NCBI GenBank assembly: GCA_963666515.2
Contig: OY762897.2
Span: 4,064,001-4,128,000, forward strand
Direction: 5' to 3'
Source: Candidatus Binatia bacterium
GTDB lineage: Bacteria > Desulfobacterota > Binatia > UBA9968 > JAJDTQ01
Length of the DNA stretch: 64,000 nucleotides
In this document: positions 51,257-60,991 of the stretch, in pieces
How the letters are laid out: each line of letters starts with the position of its first letter
How positions within the stretch are numbered: position 1 is the first letter of the stretch
The notes under the pieces: generated by a model
The model's database searches: none
What the model was told of the DNA's origin: nothing
Seen by the model: only the letters and a program-made list of their open reading frames with translations
Position numbers and translations under genes: made by a program

Positions 51257-52012
51257 CTACGCGAGCTGCTTCCCGAAGAAGTCGAGGAGTTTCTTCCAGC
51301 CGTCCACCGCCTGCTCCTGACGGTAGTTGGGGCGGTCGTAGTAGAAGAAGCCGTGGCCGGCGCCGTCGTAGCGGTGGAACTCGTAGTCCTTGCCGTGTTT
51401 CTTCAGCTCGGCCTCGTGCTGGTCCACCTGCTCCGGCGTCGGGCTCTTGTCGTCGTTGCCGAAGATCCCCAGGATCGGGCACGAGAGGTCGGCGGTGTAG
51501 TCGATGGGGGCGACGGGCTGCTTCTCGGTGAGGTCGTCGCCGCTCGCCACCACGCGGCCGCCCCAGCACTCCACCACCGCGTCGAAACCCTTGGCGCGGC
51601 AGGCGGTCAGAAAGGCATGGCGTCCGCCGGAGCAGGTGCCCCAGATACCCACCTTGCCGTTGTGGTAGGGCATGGAGCGCAGGTAGTTCATGGCGCCGGT
51701 CAGGTCGCCCACCACCTGGTCGTCGGCCACGCCGCCGTCGGCGCGAATCTTCGCGGCCACGTCTTCCGGCGTGCCGGAGCCGGCCCGGTGATAGAGGTCG
51801 GGGCAGATGGTGGCAAAACCGTGGTGCGCCAGCCGGCGCGTCGCTTCCCGGTACCACTCGTCCCAGCCGGGCAGATGGTGGATCGCCACCACGGCCGGGA
51901 ACGGCCCCGCGCCCAACGGGCGGGCGTAGTAGGCGTTGATGGTGTCGCCGTTGTGACCCTGGATGGTGATGGTCTCCGCTAGCATGCCCTCGTATTGGTC
52001 GGTCGTGTACAT
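51257..52012 (-). CDS. Dienelactone hydrolase family protein
   Basis: GTCSGG nucleophile elbow, FGNDD, YDGAGHGF. Confidence 0.9.
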   Translation of the reverse strand: MYTTDQYEGMLAETITIQGHNGDTINAYYARPLGAGPFPAVVAIHHLPGWDEWYREATRRLAHHGFATICPDLYHRAGSGTPEDVAAKIRADGGVADDQVVGDLTGAMNYLRSMPYHNGKVGIWGTCSGGRHAFLTACRAKGFDAVVECWGGRVVASGDDLTEKQPVAPIDYTADLSCPILGIFGNDDKSPTPEQVDQHEAELKKHGKDYEFHRYDGAGHGFFYYDRPNYRQEQAVDGWKKLLDFFGKQLA

Positions 52013-52280
52013 GTCGTTACCTCCTTCAAGATTTCCTTCCTTTGGAACCGACTCCGGAACGCCGCGGCGCCCGTCCGGCGTCGCGCGTTCGCTGACAGAA
52101 CTAATAACAAGGCGCGGGGAAATTCAACCCCGGCTCTCTCGGCTGGCTTGACGGAGCGAACCGGGCTTCAGTAGGATGGATCGACAAGGCGCGACGACAG
52201 GCAGCAGGACGGGTTTCAACCCCGCCCGTGCCCGAACCGCGCCGCCGGGGCACGAAAAAGGACGCGAAGGAGGACTGCTC

Positions 52281-53393
52281 ATGTACGTATGTTTATCCCC
52301 TGGAGGCCAGTTGTTGACCCAAGGCGAAACCGCCTGCGACAAGCTGCTGGTCGGCACCGTTGACGGTGTGTTCTCGTTTCACCGCGAGAACGGCTCGTGG
52401 CAGCAGGACGGCGTGCACCTGCCCGGCAGGCACGCCAGTTCCGTGATCTTCGAGCCGGCGACCGGGACGCTCCTGGTCGGCACCTACGGCTGCGAGATAT
52501 ACGCCAGCGAGGACCAGGGCGGCACCTGGGAGAAACGGGACAGCGGCATCGGCGACAAGGAGATCTACTCGCTGGGCGCCCAGTTGGTGGACGGCAAGCC
52601 CAGGGTCTACGCCGGCACGCAGCCCGCGCACCTCTACTGCAGCGACGACCTCGGCAAGAGCTGGACCGAGCTGCCGGGGCTGCGCCAGGTGCCCGGCGTC
52701 GAGAAGTGGACCTTCCCCGCGGAACCGCACCAGGCCCATGCCAAGAGCATCACGTTCCATCCCACCGACCCGAACATCATCCACGTGGCGGTGGAGGTGG
52801 GCGGCTTCCTGCGCACCACCGACGGCGGCCGGACCTGGAGCACCATCCCCAACATCAACCCGGACGCGCACCGCGTGTTCATTCCGTCCAACGACCCGGA
52901 CAAGCTCTACGGCACGGCGCCCACCACCAACTGCGGGCCGGAGGTGACGGCGGGCTTCTGCGTGAGCGGCGACGGCGGCGAAACCTGGAAGAGCATGACG
53001 CCGCGGGACTTCCGCATCGGCTATGTGGACCCGTTCTTCGTCCACCCGCAGGACCCCAAGCTGCTGTTCGTGGCCGGGGCCAAGACCGGTCCCGGAACCT
53101 GGCGCAAGATCCACACCGCGGACGCCCGGGTAGCGCGCAGCCGTGACGGCGGCGAGACCTGGGACATCCTGGGCGAGGGCCTGCCCGAGCACATCCGCGC
53201 CAACATCGAGGGCATGTGCATGGACGCGTGGAACGGCGGCTACGCCATCTTCGCCGGCACCACGGACGGCGATGTCTTCTACAGCGAGGACGAAGGCGAG
53301 CACTGGACCACCCTCGCCAAGGGCATCGGCCCGGTGTCCAAGTCGCACCACCACATCAACCTTGCCCTGGAGGGGGACGCGGCGCATCACTAG
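52281..53393 (+). CDS. BNR/Asp-box repeat beta-propeller protein
   Basis: Repeated S.D.G.TW boxes (SEDQGGTW, SDDLGKSW, TTDGGRTW, SRDGGETW). Confidence 0.85.
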   Translation: MYVCLSPGGQLLTQGETACDKLLVGTVDGVFSFHRENGSWQQDGVHLPGRHASSVIFEPATGTLLVGTYGCEIYASEDQGGTWEKRDSGIGDKEIYSLGAQLVDGKPRVYAGTQPAHLYCSDDLGKSWTELPGLRQVPGVEKWTFPAEPHQAHAKSITFHPTDPNIIHVAVEVGGFLRTTDGGRTWSTIPNINPDAHRVFIPSNDPDKLYGTAPTTNCGPEVTAGFCVSGDGGETWKSMTPRDFRIGYVDPFFVHPQDPKLLFVAGAKTGPGTWRKIHTADARVARSRDGGETWDILGEGLPEHIRANIEGMCMDAWNGGYAIFAGTTDGDVFYSEDEGEHWTTLAKGIGPVSKSHHHINLALEGDAAHH

Positions 53394-53520
53394 CGGGTTC
53401 TCCGCGTGAACCCGCCAGGACATGGGCAGGGCTCTCGCGGCCGGCTGCGATGCCGGTCGCGGGGACCTGCCGGTCTTGCGGGTCGCCGCTGCCGGACAAC
53501 ACGTCGGCGGGGCGCAGCCC

Positions 53521-54657
53521 TTGTTCATCCTTTCGTACGTCCGGATCGCGCTCCTGAGCCTGAGGCTGCTGCTGCATCTGTTGGCCGGCGAGGGCTTCAG
53601 GAAGCTCCTGCGAGGTCTGCGCAGGCGTGGACCAAACGTGCGGACCCTGACCATTGCCGCCGGCGAGCGGCAAGTGGCCGCCGACCTCTACGCCGTGCGG
53701 GACGGCCGGCCGCGTGCCGGCATGCTCATCACCCACGGGGTGCTGGAGACGGGCAAGGACGATCCGCGCCTGGCAGCGTTGGCCAACGAAATGGCTGCCT
53801 GCGGGTTCGTTGTGCTGGTGCCCGAGCTGGAAGGGCTGAAGTCCTTGCGGCTGGAAATGGAGGAGGCCGGCGACATCGCGGCGGCCTTCCGTTTCCTGCT
53901 GTCGCTGGACGAGGTGGACGAAACCTGCGCCGGCCTGTTCGGCCTCAGCTTCGTCGCGGGTCCGACGTTGAAGGCCGCGGCAGACCCCTCCATCCGGGAA
54001 CGGGTGAAGTTCGTGGTGTCCTTCGGGGGCTACTACGATACCGTCAACGTGGTCCGCTATCTCACCACCGGCCGGGACGAGTACCGGGGCCACCGGCACG
54101 TCCAGCCGCCGGAGGCCTATGCCCGCTACGTATTCGTCAAGAACCTCCTGCGCCACCTGCTGGAAGAGGAAGACCGGACGTTGCTGTCCGGCCTGCTCGA
54201 TGCCATCGAACGGGAGGCCGACCGGGGCGCGGCCGGCTCGGAGGCGGAGGCGCCGGCATTCTCGCCGGACCGGCTCACGGAGGGTGGGCGCGCCGTTTAC
54301 GAGCTGATTCACAACCGGGACCCGGCGAGAGTCCAGGGCCTGATGGACGCAACCGACCCTGCCGTGCGGAACTACCTGGAAAGCCTCTCCCTGCGCACGA
54401 TAGTCCCGCGAGTCGAGGCGCGTCTGCTCATCGGCCACGGCGACACCGACCCGCTGATCCCCTCGACCGAGAGCCTGCGGCTGGCCGACGCGCTGCCGGA
54501 CCCGAGCCGGGTCCACGTCGCCATCCTGAAAGTCGTGAGCCACGTGGACGCAAGGCTCTCGGTGCGATCCATCCGCGAGTTCCTGACCGCGACCCTGCCG
54601 TCCTGCTGCCGGTTCTACGGCCTGATTTTCCGTATCCTGAAGCAGCAACTGGATTAA
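53521..54657 (+). CDS. Alpha/beta hydrolase-fold protein (start uncertain)
   Basis: THG, GFVVLVP, GLSFVAG, VSFGGY, IGHGDTDPLIP, SHV. Confidence 0.65.
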   Translation: MFILSYVRIALLSLRLLLHLLAGEGFRKLLRGLRRRGPNVRTLTIAAGERQVAADLYAVRDGRPRAGMLITHGVLETGKDDPRLAALANEMAACGFVVLVPELEGLKSLRLEMEEAGDIAAAFRFLLSLDEVDETCAGLFGLSFVAGPTLKAAADPSIRERVKFVVSFGGYYDTVNVVRYLTTGRDEYRGHRHVQPPEAYARYVFVKNLLRHLLEEEDRTLLSGLLDAIEREADRGAAGSEAEAPAFSPDRLTEGGRAVYELIHNRDPARVQGLMDATDPAVRNYLESLSLRTIVPRVEARLLIGHGDTDPLIPSTESLRLADALPDPSRVHVAILKVVSHVDARLSVRSIREFLTATLPSCCRFYGLIFRILKQQLD

Positions 54658-54673
54658 TAGTCACTTGGGGCGC

Positions 54674-54700
54674 CGACTAAATTTAGTCGCTCGTCTAAAT
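54674..54700. promoter_or_regulatory. Palindromic putative operator upstream of the Fe-S gene
   Basis: Perfect 16-bp CGACTAAATTTAGTCG overlapping AATTTAG-N8-CTAAATT. Confidence 0.55.
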
Positions 54701-54800
54701 TTCGCTTTCTCGACCCGCGCTTACTTTTCGTGAGCGAAACCCTTAAGATCACCTTCCATCCCGTTTCGACGCGGACATCACCGAGGAGGAAGCCACACCC

Positions 54801-56063
54801 ATGAGCTTTGAACCCAAGACACCGGCGTTCTGGGACAAGGGGGCCCTGCGCAAGGAACTCGATCGCGTGTTCGACATCTGCTACGGCTGCACGCTTTGCC
54901 ACACTCTCTGTCCGTCCTTCGTGAGCCTGTTCCAGATGATGGACGAGAACTTCGGTGACGCGACTTCCCTGAAGGACGAGCAGATGAAGTCGGTGGTGGA
55001 CCAGTGCTACCAGTGCAAGCTCTGCGACCCCATCTGTCCTTATGTCCCGCCCCACGAGTGGGACATCGACTTTCCCAGGACCATGATGCGGGCGACCCTG
55101 GTGGAAGCCAAGGAGCACGGCGTAAGCTGGGCCGACCGGCTGATGGGGGACACGGACCGGGCCGGGCGGCTGGCGAGCTGGATGGCGCCGCTGGTCAACT
55201 GGGCCAACCGGACCCCGCTCGTGCGCCGCCTGATGGAGAAGTACCTGGGCGTGCACCGCGACCGGCTGCTGCCTACGTATCACGGCCAGACCTTCGCTAA
55301 GTGGAACCGCAAGCGTGCTGCGGCCGTCAAGGGCAACGGCGGGGAGAAGGCGGCGCTGTTCTACACCTGCACGGTCAACTACAACGAGCCGGACATCGGC
55401 AAGGCCGCGGTGGGCGTGCTGGAGAAGAACGGCGTCGAGTGCGCGGTCCCCGAGCAGCAGTGCTGCGGCATGCCGTTCATCGACGTGGGCCTGCTGGATG
55501 AGGCGGTGAAGAAGATCGAGGCCAACGTGAAGAGCCTCAGCGAGGCCGTGCGGCAGGGCTACAAGATCGTGGTGCCCACCGCGAGCTGCAGCTACATGCT
55601 CAAGCAGGACTACCCGCGCATGCTGCCCACCGACGATACGAAGCTGGTGGCGGAGAACACCCTGGACCTGTCGGAGTACCTGGTGCAGCTCAACGAGGCC
55701 GGCAAGCTGGACGTGGACTTTTCACAGGCGGCCGGCAAGATCCGCTATCACCAGCCGTGCCATCTCAAGGCCCAGGACATCGGCTTCAAGGCCCAGGAGC
55801 TGATGCAGCTCATCCCCGATACGGAGGTCTCCCGCATGCAGTGCTGCAGCGGGCACGACGGAACCTGGAGCGTGAAGAAGGAGAACTTCGAGGCGTCGAT
55901 GCAGGTGGGCAGGCCGCTGTTCAAGTTCATGCGGCCGGACGACGCGTGCACGGTGACGGACTGTCCGCTGTCCGCGGTTCAGGTGGAGCAGGGGACCGGC
56001 AGGAAGCCGGTGCACCCCATCATCGTGATGGCGCGGGCCTACGGGCTCGAGGTCGAGTCGTAA
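54801..56063 (+). CDS. GlpC/HdrD-like Fe-S oxidoreductase (4Fe-4S plus CCG domains)
   Basis: CYGCTLCHTLCP, CYQCKLCDPICP, CCGMP, CCSGHDG. Confidence 0.88.
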   Translation: MSFEPKTPAFWDKGALRKELDRVFDICYGCTLCHTLCPSFVSLFQMMDENFGDATSLKDEQMKSVVDQCYQCKLCDPICPYVPPHEWDIDFPRTMMRATLVEAKEHGVSWADRLMGDTDRAGRLASWMAPLVNWANRTPLVRRLMEKYLGVHRDRLLPTYHGQTFAKWNRKRAAAVKGNGGEKAALFYTCTVNYNEPDIGKAAVGVLEKNGVECAVPEQQCCGMPFIDVGLLDEAVKKIEANVKSLSEAVRQGYKIVVPTASCSYMLKQDYPRMLPTDDTKLVAENTLDLSEYLVQLNEAGKLDVDFSQAAGKIRYHQPCHLKAQDIGFKAQELMQLIPDTEVSRMQCCSGHDGTWSVKKENFEASMQVGRPLFKFMRPDDACTVTDCPLSAVQVEQGTGRKPVHPIIVMARAYGLEVES

Positions 56064-56097
56064 GCCGCGCGCCTTTCGGATTATCCCCGTTTCCGGG

Positions 56098-57213
56098 CTA
56101 CCTCGGGTCGAGGATCCAGCCGCCTTCCTTTTCCATGCCGATGACGAGCTCGTCGTCGGCATCCGAGGGCATCACCTCTTCCAGGTGCTTGGCGTAGTCC
56201 TCGTCGGAGAGCAGCTCGCCGGTGACGCTGTAGGGCTGGCCGGCGTAGTTGCCGATGTAGCGGCGGAACTTGTCGCTGGGAATCTCCAGCTTGGGCTGGT
56301 CGTCGGCGATGTTGTGGTTCAACGCATCCACCAGCGCCTGCACCTCCTTGAAGAAGGTCGTCCTTGACAGCTCGTTCAGCCGGTCCATGTCCGCCGGCTC
56401 GTCGTACAGGTGCTCGTCGTAGCGCCCCTTGAGGCCCCAGACATAGGCCCAGTGGGCCGAGCTGGACTCGTCCTGCCCGAACAGGTCGTAGGCGGTGGAG
56501 ATCCACTTGTTGAAGTACTTCTGGATGATGGGCATGGGGATCTTGCCGGCCTTGACGATGCGCATCAGCCCGATGTTGCCCTGGGCCAGGTGGTAGGCCT
56601 CTTCCTTCAGCATCGGCAGGGTGCTGCGGCCCAGCGGCGCGAAGGCGCTGCGGCTCAGCATGTTGAGCTGGTACTTGCCGTCGCGGTCGATGAAGCTCGT
56701 GTAGACGAAGAAGTCGAGCCAGTTCCGCACCGGCTGGTTGAAGGAGTCCAGCAGGCGTGAGCCCTCGGACGCGCGCCGCTCCAGCAGCCGCTGGGACTGG
56801 CGCTTGCCGGACTCGCCGAACTGGGTTACCAGCACGTAGGCCATCTGCCAGCCGTGGCGCATCTCTTCGCGGTTGATGCGGATCAGGTTCTTCAGGTCCA
56901 CGTCGGTGGGAGCGCGCTCGATCAGGTTGGTCTGCTGCTCCACCGAGGCGAACTCGGTGTCGCCCTGGAACTCGATCAGGTGGGCCAGCGCGTCCTGGAT
57001 CCGCTGGTCGGGAATGTCCGTGACCTTCTCCCACTTGGGCCGTCCCGAGTACTCGCCGAACTCGATCTCGTTGCTCTCCACGTCGTCGAGCTTGGTCTCG
57101 AAGGTGTAGTCGCCTCCGATCAGCTCCGTGGGATAGCCGATGTCGTCGTGCCACTGGTGGAAGGCGTCCACCCAGTCGTCGAAGGTGTCGATCCTTTCTT
57201 TCTTTATCAACAT
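56098..57213 (-). CDS. BoxB-like / PaaA-family diiron aromatic-CoA epoxidase subunit
   Basis: QGDTEFASVEQQ, EEMRH, FIDRDGKYQL, EEAYH, SSSAHWAYVWGLKGR. Confidence 0.82.
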   Translation of the reverse strand: MLIKKERIDTFDDWVDAFHQWHDDIGYPTELIGGDYTFETKLDDVESNEIEFGEYSGRPKWEKVTDIPDQRIQDALAHLIEFQGDTEFASVEQQTNLIERAPTDVDLKNLIRINREEMRHGWQMAYVLVTQFGESGKRQSQRLLERRASEGSRLLDSFNQPVRNWLDFFVYTSFIDRDGKYQLNMLSRSAFAPLGRSTLPMLKEEAYHLAQGNIGLMRIVKAGKIPMPIIQKYFNKWISTAYDLFGQDESSSAHWAYVWGLKGRYDEHLYDEPADMDRLNELSRTTFFKEVQALVDALNHNIADDQPKLEIPSDKFRRYIGNYAGQPYSVTGELLSDEDYAKHLEEVMPSDADDELVIGMEKEGGWILDPR

Positions 57214-57367
57214 GTCCCGCTCCTTTCCTAATGAACGCTCGTCCGAATTGCCCGTATCTTAATGCGTGCGGAGGAATTTTGCAAGCCCAAAATGGCAAAA
57301 AATCGCTACCCGGCCAACTCTCCGCAGAGCCAGCGGACGATGGTGGGAAGGGTCTCCGGCGTACGCC

Positions 57368-58618
57368 TCAACCGACGACGGTGATCTCCTCGATGGGAAA
57401 CTGCGTGGTGACCTGCGGTCCTTCCTCGGTCACCACCAGCATCTCCTCCAGCCGGACGCCCCACTGGAGCGGCTTGCCGTGCTGGGTCTCCAGAGCGAAG
57501 CTCATGCCCGGCTCGATCACCACCGGGTGGTCCAGCGAGTAGATGCGCGACACCACCGGGGTGTCGTACTGCGCCAGTCCGAGTCCGTGCCCCCACAGGT
57601 TGGCGGCCGCCTGGTCCTCTTCCTCGTAGCCCCAGGTGTCCTTGGCCGACGGCCACACCTCGGCGATGTCCTTGGTGGTGGCGCCCGGCCGCACCTTGTC
57701 GATGGCGTCGTAGAGCCACCGGTAGGCGAGGTCGTAGTACCGCCGCTGCTCGTCGGTGGGCTTCTTGCCGACGCAGTAGGTGCGGTACATGCAGCTCTTG
57801 TAGCCGTTCCAGGTCACCGCGGCCATGTCGATGATGACCAGGTCGCCGGGCTGGATGATGCGGTCGGAGAAGTGCCGCCAGTTGGGCCAACTGTTGGGCC
57901 CCGACGACACGATGATGTCCTCTACGTCCTCGATGCCGGGAATGTTGTAGAGGAACTCCATGGCGAACGCCGTGATCTGGTGCTCCTGCATGCCGGCCAC
58001 GAGGAAGTGCGAGATAGCCGTATGGCAGGCGTCGCAGATGGCCGCGACGATGCGCATGGCCTCCAGCTCGTCGATGTTCTTGATGGCGCGGGCCGAGACC
58101 ATGGGCGACATGCCGTCGGTCCACTGGATGCCGTGGGCGTTGAAGGAGTTGATCATGTTGAGGTCGATGAAGTCCACGCCCAGCGGCGCCTTGTCCACGC
58201 CGTACTTCTTCATCTCGTCCAGGATCGCGCGGGTGAATTTGGTCACCTGCTGCTCGGCCGCGCCGCCGACGGCGCCCTTGATCCACGAGTAGGCGTAGCG
58301 CACGTTGTCCTTGGGTATCCACGGGCAGTGGCGGTTGATCTGGGTGCCGATGTCGCCCTGCTCGAACAGCACCGGCTCCGCCCCCTCGCACAGCAGCGCG
58401 TAGCGCAGCCCCGGTTTGAGCCGGCACCATCCCGGAGTCACGGTGCTGGTGACGTAGCGCACGTTCTCGTCGTACATCACGAGCATGGCGCCGAGGCCGG
58501 CGGTCTTCATGGCCTCCCGCGCCCGGTTCAGGCGATATTCGCGCAGCCGGTTCCAGTTGATGCGCTGCTGCCAATCGGTTCCCACCAGACCAAAGCTCGA
58601 TGTCGAACGCTCGACCAT
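57368..58618 (-). CDS. M24 (Xaa-Pro peptidase/creatinase) fold protein
   Basis: ARAIKNIDE, IIDMA..GYKSCMYRT, GHGLGL, ALET, GVRLEEML. Confidence 0.85.
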   Translation of the reverse strand: MVERSTSSFGLVGTDWQQRINWNRLREYRLNRAREAMKTAGLGAMLVMYDENVRYVTSTVTPGWCRLKPGLRYALLCEGAEPVLFEQGDIGTQINRHCPWIPKDNVRYAYSWIKGAVGGAAEQQVTKFTRAILDEMKKYGVDKAPLGVDFIDLNMINSFNAHGIQWTDGMSPMVSARAIKNIDELEAMRIVAAICDACHTAISHFLVAGMQEHQITAFAMEFLYNIPGIEDVEDIIVSSGPNSWPNWRHFSDRIIQPGDLVIIDMAAVTWNGYKSCMYRTYCVGKKPTDEQRRYYDLAYRWLYDAIDKVRPGATTKDIAEVWPSAKDTWGYEEEDQAAANLWGHGLGLAQYDTPVVSRIYSLDHPVVIEPGMSFALETQHGKPLQWGVRLEEMLVVTEEGPQVTTQFPIEEITVVG

Positions 58619-58653
58619 GGAAGACTCCTTTCAGGTGCCGTTACTGTCGGCGG

Positions 58654-59637
58654 TTACGGCCGGTTTGACTGGACCACCTCGCGGTTGATCAGCGAGTAGG
58701 GCAGCTCTCCCTTGAGCACGCTGACCACCTGCCCCACGGCCCGGCGGCGCATGTCCGCGCGGGCCTCCTCGGAGAGCCAGGCGGAGTGGGGCGTCAGGAT
58801 GACGTTGTCGAGGGTGGTGACGGCATCGCCGACCTCGGGCGGCTCCCGTTCCAGGACGTCCAGGCCCGCGCCGGCAATGTCTCCCTGCTGCAAGGCCTGG
58901 ATCAGGTCCGCCTGGTTCACGATCCTGCCCCGGGCCACGTTGATCAGGAAAGCCGTGGGCTTCATCTTCGCGAACACCCCGGCGTTGATCATGCCTTCGG
59001 TCGCCGGCATCAGCGGAACGTGAATGGAAACGTAGTCCGACGCCGCCAGCAGCGTGTCGAGGTCCACAAGCTCCGCCTCCAGCTTCCGAGCCGTGTCTTC
59101 GTCCACGTACGGATCACTGGCCAGCACTTTCAGCCCGAAGCCATGCGCTCTGGCGGCCACGGCCTTGCCGATCTGCCCGATGCCCACGAGCCCAAGCGTC
59201 TGGCCGCGAAGCCGCCGCAGCACCGGCATCTTGTTCAGGTCCCAGGCGCCGTCCCGGGCGATGCGCCCGGCCGGGAATAGCCCGCGGCCGCACGCCAGCA
59301 GCATCGCCATGGCCTGGTCCGCCACCTCGTCGATGCAGTACTCCGTGGTGTTGGCCACCATGATCCCGCATCGGGTCGCGGCATCCACGTCCACGTTGTC
59401 GTAGCCGATGCCGAACCGCACGATGACCCGGCAGCGCTCCAGGCTCTCTATGACCTTCGGCGTCATGCGCGCGTAGGTGTTGAGGATGGCGTCGGCGTTG
59501 CGGCACAGGGAGATGACGTCGTCCTCGCCCTTGTGCTGCCCGACGACGAGTTCGGTGTCCATCTCCCGGAACATCCGGGCTTCGTCGTCCATGGACGGGA
59601 ACAGGTGGTCGGTGACGGCGACGGTGTGGCGTGGCAT
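58654..59637 (-). CDS. D-2-hydroxyacid dehydrogenase (CtBP/SerA-like)
   Basis: GIGYDNVD, GLVGIGQIG, INVARG, GLDVLEREP, ILTPHSAW. Confidence 0.9.
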   Translation of the reverse strand: MPRHTVAVTDHLFPSMDDEARMFREMDTELVVGQHKGEDDVISLCRNADAILNTYARMTPKVIESLERCRVIVRFGIGYDNVDVDAATRCGIMVANTTEYCIDEVADQAMAMLLACGRGLFPAGRIARDGAWDLNKMPVLRRLRGQTLGLVGIGQIGKAVAARAHGFGLKVLASDPYVDEDTARKLEAELVDLDTLLAASDYVSIHVPLMPATEGMINAGVFAKMKPTAFLINVARGRIVNQADLIQALQQGDIAGAGLDVLEREPPEVGDAVTTLDNVILTPHSAWLSEEARADMRRRAVGQVVSVLKGELPYSLINREVVQSNRP

Positions 59638-59696
59638 GGAAAAGGTTTCCGAGATCAATCCGGGGAGCCTATAACACTGACTCCGGCTCAGCAATT

Positions 59697-59930
59697 TCAG
59701 CCGGCCATCCGGTGTTCTCGCGCATGTGTGATGTCCGTGCTGCTGACGGGCCTGACCTGGAACGGCAAGACCGTAGCCATTGCGGCCGTATTGCCATCGA
59801 GGGTAAGGAACTCAACCTCGAAAGCCTCTCCACGAGGATAGATGTGGACGATCGTCCCAACGTCGCCGGTCTTCAGACGCTGGTCGGGAATGTCGTCCAT
59901 GAGCACGATACGGTCATGTTCTTTGAGCAT
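59697..59930 (-). CDS. DUF4926 family protein
   Basis: MLKEHDRIVL..LKTGDVGTIVHIY..AFEVEF..DG.T. Confidence 0.82.
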   Translation of the reverse strand: MLKEHDRIVLMDDIPDQRLKTGDVGTIVHIYPRGEAFEVEFLTLDGNTAAMATVLPFQVRPVSSTDITHAREHRMAG

Positions 59931-59934
59931 CTGG

Positions 59935-60235
59935 CTATCCTCTGAGCGGATGTGCGGTAACAAGTCGCGGCTCGTCATTGACGTTGTCGACAATCCAGAC
60001 GGTCCGGATGGTTGGGTTCCGTCCGTCCGGGGATTCGATGATACCATCGACCATGTACCGCGTGCCATAGGCTGATTCTTCGACTCCGATTACTTCATTC
60101 GTTGCGCCGTGAGCCCGCAGTGCCTCGGCGAGTTCATGCCGGTGCCCTTGATCAAAACCGAATCGCAGGAAGAACGCTGCCTTGCTCCGGCCATCGGAAT
60201 GGCGGACGGTTCGACAAGGGATATTCCCAGGTTCT
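59935..60235 (-). pseudogene. DUF6883-like partner gene, 5'-truncated
   Basis: DGRSKAAFFLRFGF..YGTRYMVDG.IESPDGRNP.IRTVWI..PRLVTAHP*; no start codon for this frame. Confidence 0.7.
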
Positions 60236-60240
60236 CAGTC

Positions 60241-60814
60241 CATGCATCTGGCGGGGCAGGGGGTCTATGGCAAGACGCTGGGCATCGTGGGGCTCGGACG
60301 TATTGGCGAGGCCATGGCCCGGCGCGCCCGGGGGTTCGATATGCGCGTGCTCTACACCAAGCGGCACCGTCTGGAGATCGAGAGGGAAAGAGAGCTTGGG
60401 GTGGAATACGTGCTTTTGGAAGAGTTGCTCCGCAACTCGGATTTCGTTTCCATCAACGCCGCCAGCACTCTCGAAACCCATCACCTCATCGGTGTTGACG
60501 AGTTGCGTGCCATGAAGCCCACTGCCTGCCTCATCAACACCGCGCGCGGGCCGCTGGTGGACGAGGTCGCGCTGGCGGTTGCTCTTCGGGAGAAGGTGAT
60601 CGCTGGAGCGGCGCTGGACGTGTTCGAGCACGAGCCCGAGGTTTATGCGGACCTGCTGGGACGCGCCGATGTCGTGCTCACGCCGCATCTCGGGAGCGCG
60701 GTGTCCGAAACCCGAGAAAGAATGGCCTTGATCGTAGCGGAGAACATCATCGCCGTGATGGAAGGGCGGCGCCCGCCCAACCTCTTCAACCCCGAGGCCT
60801 ATCGACGGGGGTAG
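60241..60814 (+). pseudogene. Glyoxylate reductase-like 2-hydroxyacid dehydrogenase, 5'-truncated
   Basis: Begins at GKTLGIVGLGRIG; has INTARG, LDVFEHEP, TPHLGSA; N-terminal substrate domain missing. Confidence 0.8.
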
Positions 60815-60823
60815 GAGAAAGAG

Positions 60824-60991
60824 TCACTCCGACTTTCTTCTCTGGAGTCGTTCCTGTCGGAGAAGGACGGCGAGGCTCTTTGCATCGATGCCCCTATCTC
60901 CGTGGCGCACGTCGTCTTCAGCCGCGTCGAGCAACTCGTACAGCTTCAGCCGCGCTTGGTCCCGTTCGCGGGCTGCCGGTCTCATCACCAT
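60824..60991 (-). pseudogene. Possible C-terminal remnant of a Phd-type antitoxin
   Basis: VMRPAARERDQARLKLYELLDAAEDDVRHG resembles Phd C-terminal halves; weak similarity. Confidence 0.35.

Noticed and set aside
54801-56063. Calling the Fe-S protein glpC
   Set aside because: No glpA or glpB nearby; only the domain architecture is supported
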